From NCBI GenBank assembly GCA_964234715.1, contig OZ174277.1: DNA of 64,000 bases. One strand, given 5' to 3'. The stretch comes from Podarcis melisellensis (taxonomy: Eukaryota). A program made the position numbers and the translations under genes. The notes under the pieces were generated by a model, which searched no databases, was not told where the DNA came from, and saw only the letters and a program-made list of their open reading frames with translations. This document shows, one piece after another, positions 1 through 12,600 of the stretch. How positions within the stretch are numbered: the first letter of the stretch is position 1; each line of letters begins with the position of its first letter.

Positions 1-3000
1 AACAGAGCTCCCATTGCAAATAGTACCCAGTGGCTGCAAGGGAAGTTTCAGTGCAATGTGTTATCTATCTACATCTCTTTTAAATGGATAATGGTGTGAA
101 ATGTGTTTAGCATTATATAAAGAAAGTTTGTGACTAAACTTTGTGTAGCGTCTGGGTTCTGGTGTGCTGTGCTCTCCTGCTGGAAACAAAACAGACTTAT
201 TAAGACTCTTCCCCCCCCCCCGCCCCATATTGAGAAACTGTACCAACACTGGTGATGGCTTTACCATATTGGCATAGCTTACTTCCTCCGGCCTCTTGTG
301 TTGGTCTTTTGGCTTCCACTGCTCTCTGGACTAGGAAGAGGAGCTGGTAGTGGTAGCAGAGAAGGATCAAAGGAAGGCAAGTGGTGCAGTCCAGAGATGT
401 TTACAGAGGGACTGACAAGTTGCAGCTGAGCTAAATCTTGCTGCTGCAGTTTCTGTAACCCTGTAGGTTTGTGTCAGTGGGAAACTAGCAAACATTAGGT
501 ACTAAATGTCCATTTTCTGCTTGATCAGACCTTGCTGAGTGCTTCCCTAGCTCTAGAAAAAATTCTGAAGTATATTAAAGAACTGTAGTCCTATGATCCC
601 TTACTTGGAGTACGCTCTGGCAAGCAAAACAGGATTTACTTTCAAGTTAGGATTGGTCTGACATGCTGAAATCCTGAGCATAGTTACTCGGGAATAAATC
701 CTATTAATCACATTTGGACTGATTTGGGAGTAAACATGCCAGGGATTTGGCTGCACCTGACTCTCTCCCCCCCCCCCTAGACTTTCTAAACTATTATTTT
801 TGTTTTAGACCATCATGATAGAATTCCTTTTCCATTCTGTGTCTTGGTAAAATCTCAGTGGTTTTTTATTCAGCTTCACAAACATAAATTGAGGCATTCC
901 TTTGCTTCCCTGCTTTTGAGGTGTGTCTTTGTGTTTGGCATTGCCATTGAAATAAACCAAACGTGTTTTATGAACCTTGCATGAGAATGAAGTAAGACTG
1001 TCTAAACTGCAACAGAAGCAGCTATCTTCTTGGGCACAGAGGACTCCGTCATCAAGTGGCTCACACTCCCAACTATTAAAATGTTAGTATGGTGAGGCAT
1101 GTGGGGAAACCCTGGAGTCTGAAAATAGGCTTAAACTTGGTTTATTTAAAAAGTAGGCTTTTGGGGTGCCTGGGAGCAGAAACAGTGGTTGATAAAGCTC
1201 CGATATTTGGAATGGTGAACAGCCCAAAGTTCTCTCCAAATTTGGAGTCACTCAGTGCAACCAGCATCCAGTGCAAGATTTTGGAAAGCCCACAATATAT
1301 TTAATTGTCTTGTATGGAACCTGAGAATAGACATGATCCCCCTTCCGTTGTTAAAACACAAAAGGGGAAGATTTTTGCCTAATTTTGCACTAACCATATC
1401 TCTGTAATATGTAGCTCTTTGTGTGAAAACAAAAGCATACCTCACAGTGGTTTCCAAGATGAACAGGACTGGACAGCAACATGTGCTCCGATGATGAGTA
1501 CACCTCCTGGATGATAGCTCCCACAGTCAATTTCTTAATTCCAAAGTTGACTACAAGCTCCCAGCAGCACTTCAGGGTTGCCAGCCACCATATTGAAAAT
1601 ACAATCTGCTTCTCAACTGGAATGGCACAGCATGTGACTAAGGTTTATTTGGAATGGTGGCCTAAGGAGATCGGCCCTCTCAAAGCTGCACAGTTCATCC
1701 TAATGTAAGCCATCCTATTAAGTTAACATTTTGTATAAGAACACATTTGGTTTAAAAAGGCTGCTGTAGACTAATATGTCATATAAAAAGACAGACTTTC
1801 TTTTGAGGAATCACAGTTGTCTGTGGGGTTATCAGCTACATAAATCCAGCACAAGGAACCTCAGCTGGTGGTGAGCATTACTTTCTGGGCACATTTTCTC
1901 TAATTCGCCTGAGTGCTAGGAACAGATGCTGCAAGTGAACACTGCCACCGTCTGATCATGTTTAAATATGTTCGGGGGGCGAGGGAGAAATCACTGCTAA
2001 TGAAATTATAGAGGTAAAATTTTCCATCTTCAAAATACTAGGTTAAGGCCTGATTCAGAAATAAGATGTTACACTTGAACACAATGCACTATTTGCTTTT
2101 TAGTCATGCGGTACAATATGAAGGCACATTATATAGAACTATGCTGAACCTAAGCAGTCCTGAGCCTAGACCGTGTTTGGAGGTTGCTAGGAAAGTTTAT
2201 ATATTCTGTTTTCAGCTGCATGGAAGAAGGTGGGATATTAATGAGTTAATGAGCGATAACATTTTGTTGGTGTAATGTGAACAATGGGTAAAACTGCACA
2301 GTGCTTGGGCTCATGTCTTGAGGTGCACATCCCCCATGCCTGAGATAAGATGCCAGGTGCATTGGGTTACCATAGCAACACCAGTGAGGCCGAGTCATTC
2401 ACCCTCCCAATGGTTCGAGATATATGCCTACATGTAGAGATGGGTGTAATAGTCTCTAGGATATCGATTTCTTTATGTCTTGCCATGTCCTGTCCTGTTT
2501 GCTGTCAGGGTCTAACTCTGAATCTGTGAGAGTCAGGGGAAGAGGTGGTAGGTTTTAACACAACAGCATTAGCTAGCATAGTGTTAGTGGATCTCTCTGT
2601 ACTTATGTATCTTTATTCCAAAGACCAAAATAACTATATATTGTAGATAGTAGTGTCTAGCTTTGTCTTGTGTCTGGGGACGACAAACACTTTGTTACTT
2701 GAACTGTATGGGAGAGGAGTTTTTCCTTTAACGGGGACTCTGGAATAAGCTATCTGCTGGGAAATGAAATCTCTGAAGACTCTGCTGGGGCTTCTGAAAC
2801 TCTGCTGATACACGACACTGCTTGGGTATGGTGAACTACCAACTGACTTCCACAAGTCAACAAATGTCCCCCTTTTCTCAGCATCTTTGTAGTTTTTAAG
2901 AAAAAAATCATATTGTAAAAGAATTTCAAATAGGTTTTTTTTCTTTTATATAGTGCATGCCTCAAAGAGTTGTAAGCTTTAATTGGGTGACTGTCAATCA

Positions 3001-6000
3001 TTCCAAAGTTTATTTGTCATTATGCTAAGATTCACATTCTTTGTGACGTTATTTGGGCTGAGCCATGCCCAAAGCAACCAGAGTGGGGGAAAGATATTTG
3101 CTTGGTGTCCGTGATATGGACCAAAGGAGAAGGAGGAGTTAGATTAGCTGGTTTGCATACACAATTCCCTCCCTCTCCCCCACCTCACGCAGGAACACAC
3201 AAAGAAAATAGTGACACCACAGCCTTGTCTGTAGAAGTCAGTGACACAGATGTTTTACCTCAAAATGGAAGGGCAAAGAGGAAATACCCTTATCTCTAAT
3301 ACAGGGGAAAAGAATAAAATTTGAAATTTCAATCAGCCCCATTACTGAATGCAGCTTTTTAATGAGATCTGTGATATAATCTCCCTCAAATCAATACCTA
3401 TTCACCATTTTTAAAATATTGGGCCTCTGCCATAGAGGCTTAAGCTCTAAAGCTGAAAAGTCAATAGTGTTAATTTATATTTGATCTGGCCCCATAGGAA
3501 TGGAAGGTTGTTTTTTAAAAAAGGTCAGGCATTGTTAAGCATTTAGACATACAAAAAAAAGGATTTAATTTTTTTTTTTTAGTTTTAACTTCTAGGATTG
3601 GATTTAGAGTCAGTGACTTTGACATCTCCAAGTCTTCCGTTCATACAGGTAAACACGTGGTATTGACCTAAATGTAGGATAGTACCACTAGAAGAGACCT
3701 TGAAGATCATCAATCCTCAGCAATGACAGGATTTATTTGATTTAAACAGCCCATCACAGATTATTATCCTCTTATTATCCTCTTATCAAATTATCAAAGA
3801 TTATTCCTCTTTTAAAACTGCCACAGTAAGTAGACTGAAATGTCCATAAAGTTAGATGTCTGTTGCTGCCTCATGCAGCCTGCTTTTCTAGACTATGCAA
3901 GAAACAGAAAGGATACCTGACTATGACCTTTTTAAATGAAGCTTCAAAGAAAATCAATGGGCTGGATCCTGAAAATAACAACCTGAAGAATAATCTGAAG
4001 GGGACTTTCACCCCCCCTTCCTTGCATTTCCCCCTCAAGCCATCTCCAGAGGGTTGGGAGCATCTCCTGAATGGCATGGAATGGGGGGGGGGGAGGGTTT
4101 ACTGGGGCAGGGGTGAGGAAACGGGCCAAAATCAGTATGAGACGCATTGTGCAAGTACAACACAACTATCAAAATACAGGACAGACGCCACCAATTAATA
4201 TAAGACTAGCAGCAAAAATTCTGTATACAAAATAGTGGAGAGAAAAAGAGAAGTCTCTAATTGCAGATACTGGTACCTCATACTATGTGAATTTGCAACC
4301 TTAAGCAAAGTCACCTCCATCTTTTAGGTGAAAAGGGACAATCTTTTTTGGGATTTATAAGAAGCTGCATCTATGATTTTCTCAGATACTAAATAAAACC
4401 TTAAACTAAAAGCATACACAAATTTAGCAAGATACTAATGCTAATTATAATGACAATTATAACTATATCAATACATGTCTATTTTTGTTCTACTGGTTTA
4501 ATTGCTTTAAACAGACCATTGTTTACTGTTTCCTCTGCTAATACTGTGTCATTATTGTTTTATGGTCCTTGACCTAGTGATCTGACTTTTTAAAAAACAA
4601 TGCAACACTCTACATCTAGTAATCAGTTAGTCACTTTCCAAACCAGCTTTGCTGGCAAGCAGCCATTGGCCTCTGTAACATGTCATAAATTTAGATAGAT
4701 ATGCTTAATATGCAATGGACAGGGCTTCAGTATTATTATTTTCTGCACCAAAATCACCATACACAATGGAGCCACACTGAGGAGGGGTGGGTGGGAAATG
4801 CACCCTGAATTAATTTTCGTTACTTCAGGAGGGTATATGAAAACTTACCAGATGGTTTGTGCCCAGGTATATCATTTATAAATAAACTGAAAGTCAGTAG
4901 ATCTTGGAAAGCGCAGGTTAAAATCCGTCACAAACACTGTTGCTAAGCACGCAAGCTGCTACCCTCTCAACTAGCTGCTATTTCCGGCTGTCATGAAATA
5001 TCCTGTGCATGGAGGCAATTTGATCTGGAGGTGGCGAAGATACATATCGCTGTGGTGAGATTAGCATCCCAGAGGAAAAGTCATAACTTCCTGCTCAGAC
5101 AGAGATAACGTGAAATCTTCTCAGCTGCAAAATGAATCTGAGATTAGGAGAAGTCCATAAAGATAGGATACCCTTGATAAAAAGAATTTCCTTCTGCCAA
5201 CCCTCAGACTATATTTCTTACTTTACTTCTACCCAGAGTATACATTGGAGCTGCTGTGATGTGGCTACGTTTGATAAAGGAGGAAAGATTGACCCTGCAT
5301 AGGTGTTCCTAGGAACAGGGTAACTTTCTGTTCTAGTATTAGAGACACCAGCAGATAACTTGTGTATTGGGTCACATTCTTGACATTTGAGGAAACTGAA
5401 GGCTGCAGCAAGTTGCACAGGATAAACAATCCTGAAGTGAATGCTTTTTGACAGCCAGTTTTTAAGCACATTCATCTTTTAAGCTATTGCTCTTTCCTGT
5501 CTGCAGTTTTAAGGATCCTTTGTAGCGGCTGAGACACTTGAAAACTTGGTGAGACTTCTATTTTGTTCTTCTTGCCAAAGTCCCACCTTTGAGAGGAGTT
5601 AGTATGTTATACACCGTAAGCAAAAGAAGTGCAGTGGGTAGACATTGTGCTGCAATACATAAATCAAATAACAACAGGACAACAGTGTCTTTTTAAAAAT
5701 GTTCATTAATATACTGCAGCATATAAAATGTTATACTATGACCAAACATTTAACATGTGGACTAAAAAGCACAATAGCAGCAAGATATCCATATTCAACT
5801 ACATTCATTTAAATAATTAAAATACTGAGCACAATATTAATGGGACAATAATTTGAAACAAATCAATCAGGAAGATTTCCCATGCAAGGCTGACTGTGGT
5901 CTTTCACATATCCCATTCATTTCCGTGGGGCTTGCGGAGAATAACTTCCTGATGAATTGTAATCTCATTAAGCGAGCCAACCAGTAATGGAAAAATGATA

Positions 6001-6199
6001 CCCTACTTCTTTTTACTTCTGTAGAGTGCTGAAAAATTGATGAGAATTGGTAAACAGTAACACTAAACACAACAATACTTCTTTTTAACTCTTACATAAA
6101 AAAAAAGTTCAGTGCTAGTTCCCATATCACTATTCTAGAGTCTCCCATGAAGAACTTCAGTCGAATTTTGCAGTGCAGGTTCAGCTTTTGAGCCATTTT

Positions 6200-6596
6200 A
6201 CACATTTAATGCAATAACCTATTGCAGTTATTATTAAAGTTCTGTTTAATGTAATAGGATGTTGTTAACACTAAAGTTTCTTGTTCTTCCACAGACTCAG
6301 ATTGTTGTGGAGGATAATTACATGCCGTGTGTTTGTAAAAAATACTGTTTAAAAAGCCAAAACAATGCATGTGGATAAAACTGTACAGCATTTGTTCTCT
6401 GCTCAAATACATCACACGAGTGAAAAATAATAATGGATGAATTCTACATACTCTGGAGGACTCACTCCAGGATTCAAAAGTCCAAGCAGGCAATGAAAAT
6501 AGTAAACACATGAGAACACAGGGCCAAACTGAAAGGCTTTGAACAACCTTTGTCACAGGAATTAGCCTGGCTGCCTTTCACCAAACACAGCTCTCT
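6200..6596 (-). other. FEZ2: FEZ2 3'UTR (proximal part; end uncertain)
   Basis: Follows the stop codon. Candidate ATTAAA signals on the minus strand at 6245-6250 and 6205-6210; the true cleavage site is not determinable from sequence. Confidence 0.45.
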
Positions 6597-6613
6597 TCAT
6601 GTAGGGCACAAAA
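6597..6613 (-). CDS. FEZ2: FEZ2 canonical terminal coding exon (VLCPT*)
   Basis: ttttgcag|TT TTG TGC CCT ACA TGA; gives the conserved UNC-76/FEZ C-terminus VLCPT. Confidence 0.94.
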
Positions 6614-9600
6614 CTGCAAAAGAATAAAGATATACATATAGGTATTTTTGCATTGGCTCATCCCAAAACAGTGTCAGATATGAGCTAATAAAACTAGAAT
6701 GCTGAGATCTCTATTCTAAAAGCGTTACCAAATTCACAGGAAGCAATTGCTATGCATAATGAATATGGACCTCATTCCCCATCACACAAACAAAACAAAT
6801 CCATATAGGAACACACACTACCATCAACTAATTACTTACAGAAATGAGTTAAATAGAAGGTCATGTCTTGGGTGACACAGAATAATTTTTAAAAAAAGTA
6901 ATTGTACTGGATATCTAGCAGATCTCTGAGATACAGATCCATGCAGCAACAATGAAAGAACAACTCGGATGCCAAGTGTACTCTCTCCACTGACAGATTA
7001 CAGCGGGAGTCAAGACATGTCCTTTACATATTCCTCATTCCTGCTTCAGAGCTAAAAGACACAAACCTCAGAGCAATCCAGCTTTCAAACCAATGCTAGC
7101 ACAACACAAAAGCAAATGAAGAAGTAAGGTTTAAGGTTATCAAAAGAGGAAAAAGTACATACTTCTTTAGTATCATGAACATTTTGTGCCAATCTGAAAA
7201 CAGTTTTTTATTAAGAAAATGTTTACCCTGCAGGTAATAAACTATAAAAGTAGTGTCAAAATCCCATTTTAATTCGAAAGATTGGAAACAAAAACCCAAA
7301 GCTCAAAACCACACCAAATATATATATATTTTCTTTGATAGCGCACAAACGTTCTCGTGTGTCAAGTTCTTGTCCACCCATGTCAACTTAATGAGATACT
7401 TGGTCGAATCTGCAACAGGGTAATCAACCAGGAAGGTGAACAATTTCTCCCTCTTGCTAGGGCAAACCTAGATGTTTGGGCAATCATGTGAATGTTCAAC
7501 ACTTTTTACACAAAGCTTGACATGAGAGAAGAGGGGTGTAACCCTTTCCCTTCCCAACCTTGTTGCATGCCAGAGCTTTAAGCAATTTTCTTTCCTGTTC
7601 CTCTGCTGCTGCTTTTTGCCATTGGTTTTCATTCCACTGCCTACTTATTTAGATTCAGGAACCTTTACACCAGCAAGGGGTTAAAAGTACTTTTTGTATT
7701 CCATTTGATTAGCCTTAAGCATTGCATCTGGTGAAAAGTTTCTCTCTTCAAAATTCTGCTTTATTGGCAGCACCAGACTGCATGGGCAATTGGTTTAAGA
7801 AGGTATAAAAAGTTTCATTTCAGATGCTTGCAACAGGAGTTACTACTAGATATGAGAACTGTTTTTATATAGGTCTTTAGGTTATATTTTGTGCTTACTA
7901 ATGTGGGACATTGCTGGTTTGAAAGAAATATATTTGGTTAGAGTATTGTTTGGTTTGTTAGACATATTTGTACTGATATGTCACTCCAAGTAAAAAATCA
8001 CAAGTAAAAGAAATATGATAATTGTTTCTAAAAAGTGTATGAGGACATATTTTTTAACATTTTACATTTTTTATCCCCTATCCTATTTATGCTATTTGCA
8101 TATCTGCAGTGCCCAATGAATTTTCCAAAGACTACAATAAAGTTCATTTCTAGCACTCGCACCTTGAATTCCAACAGGCACAAATGCAAATCCTATACTC
8201 TTACTGCTACATCGAACTGACACAAAAGTATTTTGCAGCAGTATTGCACCAGGTATGTGAACAGCATTACATTGTTGTACTTGCTTTTTTTCGACAAGTC
8301 AAATGATAAAGACAAAATGGATTTTCTAAAAACCAGCTTAAATGGATTGTTGTTTTTTATTCAGCTGCAAGTTATCACCCTAACCTTTGAAATCCTTTCC
8401 TAAAAAATCCTCGTACTACAGAAAGATTTCTTTACAGTCGACGCACAACTTGCACGCATTTAACTTGTGTGATTGCCGCTTTATGCGCTTGGTGGCCAGC
8501 CCCGCACACCATCACACAAATTAAACACACACAAGGTGGAGAATTTAAAATACCACGTTGAAACACTGCACAGGTAGAACAGAACACTGCTTTTCTCTCA
8601 GCTTCTATAAGAATACCAGGTGAACAGTTAATGAGGAATATGTAATAATTCTCTAGAACCTTCTCAAACATTGCATAGGTCTCATTAAGACATGAGCAAC
8701 ATAGCTTTTAGTGCTGGCATATTTCATGAGAGCAGCTTTTCCATGTGGCAAGTTGTTTACAACCCCTATAAAATACTGGTGTGAGGAAGCGTTGCCCTTT
8801 GAACCATTTCCAAAGCACAGACAAATGACTTTTAAGTCTCTGCACCCAATGTTTAATCTCCACATCCCAGAGCTCTCCCCATCTATGTGTCTTCACCTAC
8901 TCCATTTATGAAGCCAGCAGAGTGTTTTGATCTATTTACTATTTCAAATTCACAACTCGCACCCTTCCTCTCCAAAGGGACCCCCAGGGCAGCTCACAAT
9001 AATTATATTACATAAAACAAGTTTTAAAAACACTGTAACATACTGCAGACAGCAGTTAAAACTAGTAGTGAAATGGCTTTATAAAATTATTGGCCAAAAG
9101 CCTGAATGGATAAAAGCCTTGAAATGTAGAAATATTTCATACTCCACAAATTAACATTTTTTTAAAAAAAGATGCATGACTAGCTCACCCTTCAAAATGT
9201 AGTCTGTTAATAAGCTTGGCACTTTCTCACTGTCTTCTTTCATGGCATGAAGAACTGTAAAATGTGGAGAAGATGATCAGTGGAAGAAGCACCAACTTAG
9301 TCAATATAAACATGGCATTTAGAGCAGTGCTTCCCAAACCCTTTTCACACAAACTACTGGAAAATTGCTGAGGGTCTTGGTGGACCATTTAATGATTTTT
9401 CTGCCTGTTATAGCAATTGCAATGCACTGTGCTAGATAAGGTGTGATTTTAACTGTATTTTTACAGGCACGTAGTCGACTACGTAAAAGAAGTGCACTGA
9501 CAACTGTTTAGAATCCCCTCATTAGAGCAACTGTATTGAAGGTTTTTATGCACATTATTTCGCCCCCTACTTTCATCCAAGTCAACCATGAATAAGAACA

Positions 9601-12600
9601 TTAAACAACCATAGCTTTAATCAAATGTATATCTCCCCAACAAAGTGGACTGTTCTATTAATCTGTAATAATAGGGTTCATTTTCAATGATAGCACTACT
9701 TGCCTGGCCACCCCACAAATGTCCCCCAAGTTCTTCATGGCTGCTTTGTCCTCAATGCACCCAAATAATTATTTCTCAAGTGCATTCAAAGCAACCCCTG
9801 CCCACAACAGGTCTAGAAACCAACAGATGCTGGTAATTTAGTAAACTAGCCACTTGTGCTAACCTGCCAAGTGGCAAGGGTAATTTTACTATTTCTCTTT
9901 TGGATCAATATATGTGAATCAAATAATGGGCAACTTTTATGAAGAACGCATCCCAACCTCCTTAATATTTAAGAGTAAATACCTATGTCGAATTATACTT
10001 GATTGTAGCACATTTACTGTTTCATTCTGAAATATTTGTATATCAACAGCTGAGAGTCCAGTGCTCTAAATAAATGTTTTGAGGCCTGCCACACAGTGTT
10101 AGCAGGGAGAGTCAGGAAGTCTGTTACTGAGTCAAGAATCAAGTTGCAGCTAGTCAGTGGAAAACAATACCGTTAACTCTTTAGATAGTGCCTCCTCTGA
10201 ACTGTTTATGAATGGAGAAAGGGATAGTTCTTCATTAGTATGGCTGTGACTCTTGCCAAGTACTTGATACAGAAAAAACAATCTGGAGAAGAAATGTTTC
10301 AGGAGAATTGGACAACTATTTGCTTGGAAGTTACTACCTTGGATGCAGACAGCGAACCTGAAGAAATTTGGCTAATCGTATTATATACCTGAACTTCCTG
10401 GCTGATTAAAACTAAACGGTAGAAGTTAGTTCTACCAATTTCAGAATATTAATGCATATCTGAGCTGGGGAATAACACTGATTTCACCAAAAGATGCAGG
10501 AAGGGTGCAACCTTTTAAATAAGTCTTCATTTGATCTATGTGCCATGGGGCAGTTAGTGGCCTCTCTGGGTAACATGAACAAGCATATGGCTGCTGATCA
10601 ACTCCAAGCATTTTTGAGTTATTTCAGAGTCTAGAACATAAAATGCTTGCTTGGCCTTCTAATGCAATTTTCCTCCAATGATACACTGGGAGATGTGTAA
10701 CCCCACTGACTCTTCCGGACACCTAAGAAAATAATCTAGAATTTGACTTTTGAAAATACTTTAATCGCTATTATATACTTACTTTTTGTTAATGTTTGGA
10801 GATCTTCAACTGATGGAGGTCCACTTTTCTTCTCATAAGGGATAACTGTTGTCAGGTACTGCCAAATGAATGCAAGGATTACTAAATAGCATCAGTGATT
10901 CTGGGCACAACTTCCAGTTTACAGTCATACAATAAATATATCTCATTATGTACAAACCAGATCTGTTAAATTCTATCTAAACACAATGAAGCCAATTCAA
11001 ATATATTCTAGAAAGCAACAAAATGATGTGTGTTAATACAGTGTGTCAAAATTGATCTTAAATTCCAGAATACTGTTTACAAGGTAGCATCCAAGGGTGT
11101 CCATTCCCTCACTGATGGAAAGAATCCGTTTGCAGAATGAGGACAGAAACCATTTCTGGTGATTCCGCAAAGCAGATGTGATGCAGACAAAATGCTGAAA
11201 ATTGTTTCCCTCTCTCATTCTTCTGATGGATTCCTTATGCCAATGGACACTGTTGGATATGACACATTGTAGTGGGCCAAACTCTTCCTTTTAGAGATTT
11301 TCTGCACTGTAAGGAAGTTATAACAGGATAGTACACACAACATTTTATTTTTGCATTTGATAACCAAATGTAAACCCACAGATCTTTTAAATGCCAATAA
11401 TAAAGAATAGTTACTATATTTGTTCAGGAATTGTCTACTCTATCTTTCCATCATGGATATACTATCTGTAAGAGTGTGTGTGTGTGTTGGGAGGTGACTC
11501 CATGGAATGACTTGCTGCGTGAATTGTGAAATGAGTCAGTGTAACCAGCTGACCAGCATCTGGACCAAGGAACACACCCAAATATATTTGGATGAGTGAA
11601 ATCGCATTCTGGCAGGCCAAGCTCCCCCAGCTGCTGCCAGGAAAGGTTGTGTGCTAGTTTCCTCTATGCACTTGCATGCAGGCTTACTCAGTGGCAGTGG
11701 CAACGTAATGGTCCAGGGAACTGAGCTGCCCAACTGTACTGAACAACCCTTATTTGCTTTCACTTTGTGGACATAGCCCATTTTGCTTGGAAAGGCATCT
11801 CTGAAGCTAGGTATTCCTTTCTACTGCAACTGCTTTGTGCTGCTGAAGAAGCAAGCTGCTTTCAATCAGCATTCTGTCTCTAGTTCTTCAGCATTTTTCC
11901 TTTGGTGGCATGTTTTATTATTGCCACACAGAAGTGTGCAGTAGTAATAACAGTAATGGAAAATAGTAGCAGTAGTAGTAGTAGTAGTAATGTTTTATGG
12001 CAGACACCCGCCCACTACTCAAGTCTTTCCAATTATGTATTTCAACTTTAAACACAGTTGTTCCCAATACATGGGCTTACATAATCCACATCTGAATTTA
12101 GTTCAAATTGGTTTGAATAAATATACAGATTTCAGAAAACTGAACGTGCTTCTTTTGAAGCTTTTACTGGCAATATTTTTTTGCTCCATAATTTCAAATT
12201 TGGCACTCTTGGGGATTTCTGAAATAAAGAAGCCCTCCTTGCCAATAGGTCACAAGGCGATATGCAGAGCTGTACCCATTCAAATAACATTTTAAAACTC
12301 TTTCAACCATTGAAACCAATTGACTTGTTAACCTATGGCAACATATGCAGAGTATTCCCCCCATGATAAGAATATAATAAATAGCATAACCCTATACAAG
12401 TTTATTCACAGAATCACAGCACGATGGTTATCTAGCCCAACCCCCTGCACTGCAGGACTCTTACCCAATGTGGGGCTCAAACCCATAAGATTAGAGATTA
12501 GATGAGATTAAGAGTCTCATGCTCTACTGACTGAGCTATATGAAAGTCCTGCTATGTTCAACCACTTAGTCCCCTGTAAGTGTGTTCAGGACTGCAGCCT

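Noticed and set aside
1-6000. Short ORFs left of FEZ2 as possible exons of a neighbouring gene such as VIT
   Set aside because: No recognisable peptide or consistent splice-flanked frame was found.
9151-9188. Intron read-through C-terminus [12 protein letters not shown] after the penultimate FEZ2 exon
   Set aside because: The donor (G|gtgagc) is strong and a 12-codon open run is unremarkable; no supporting signal.
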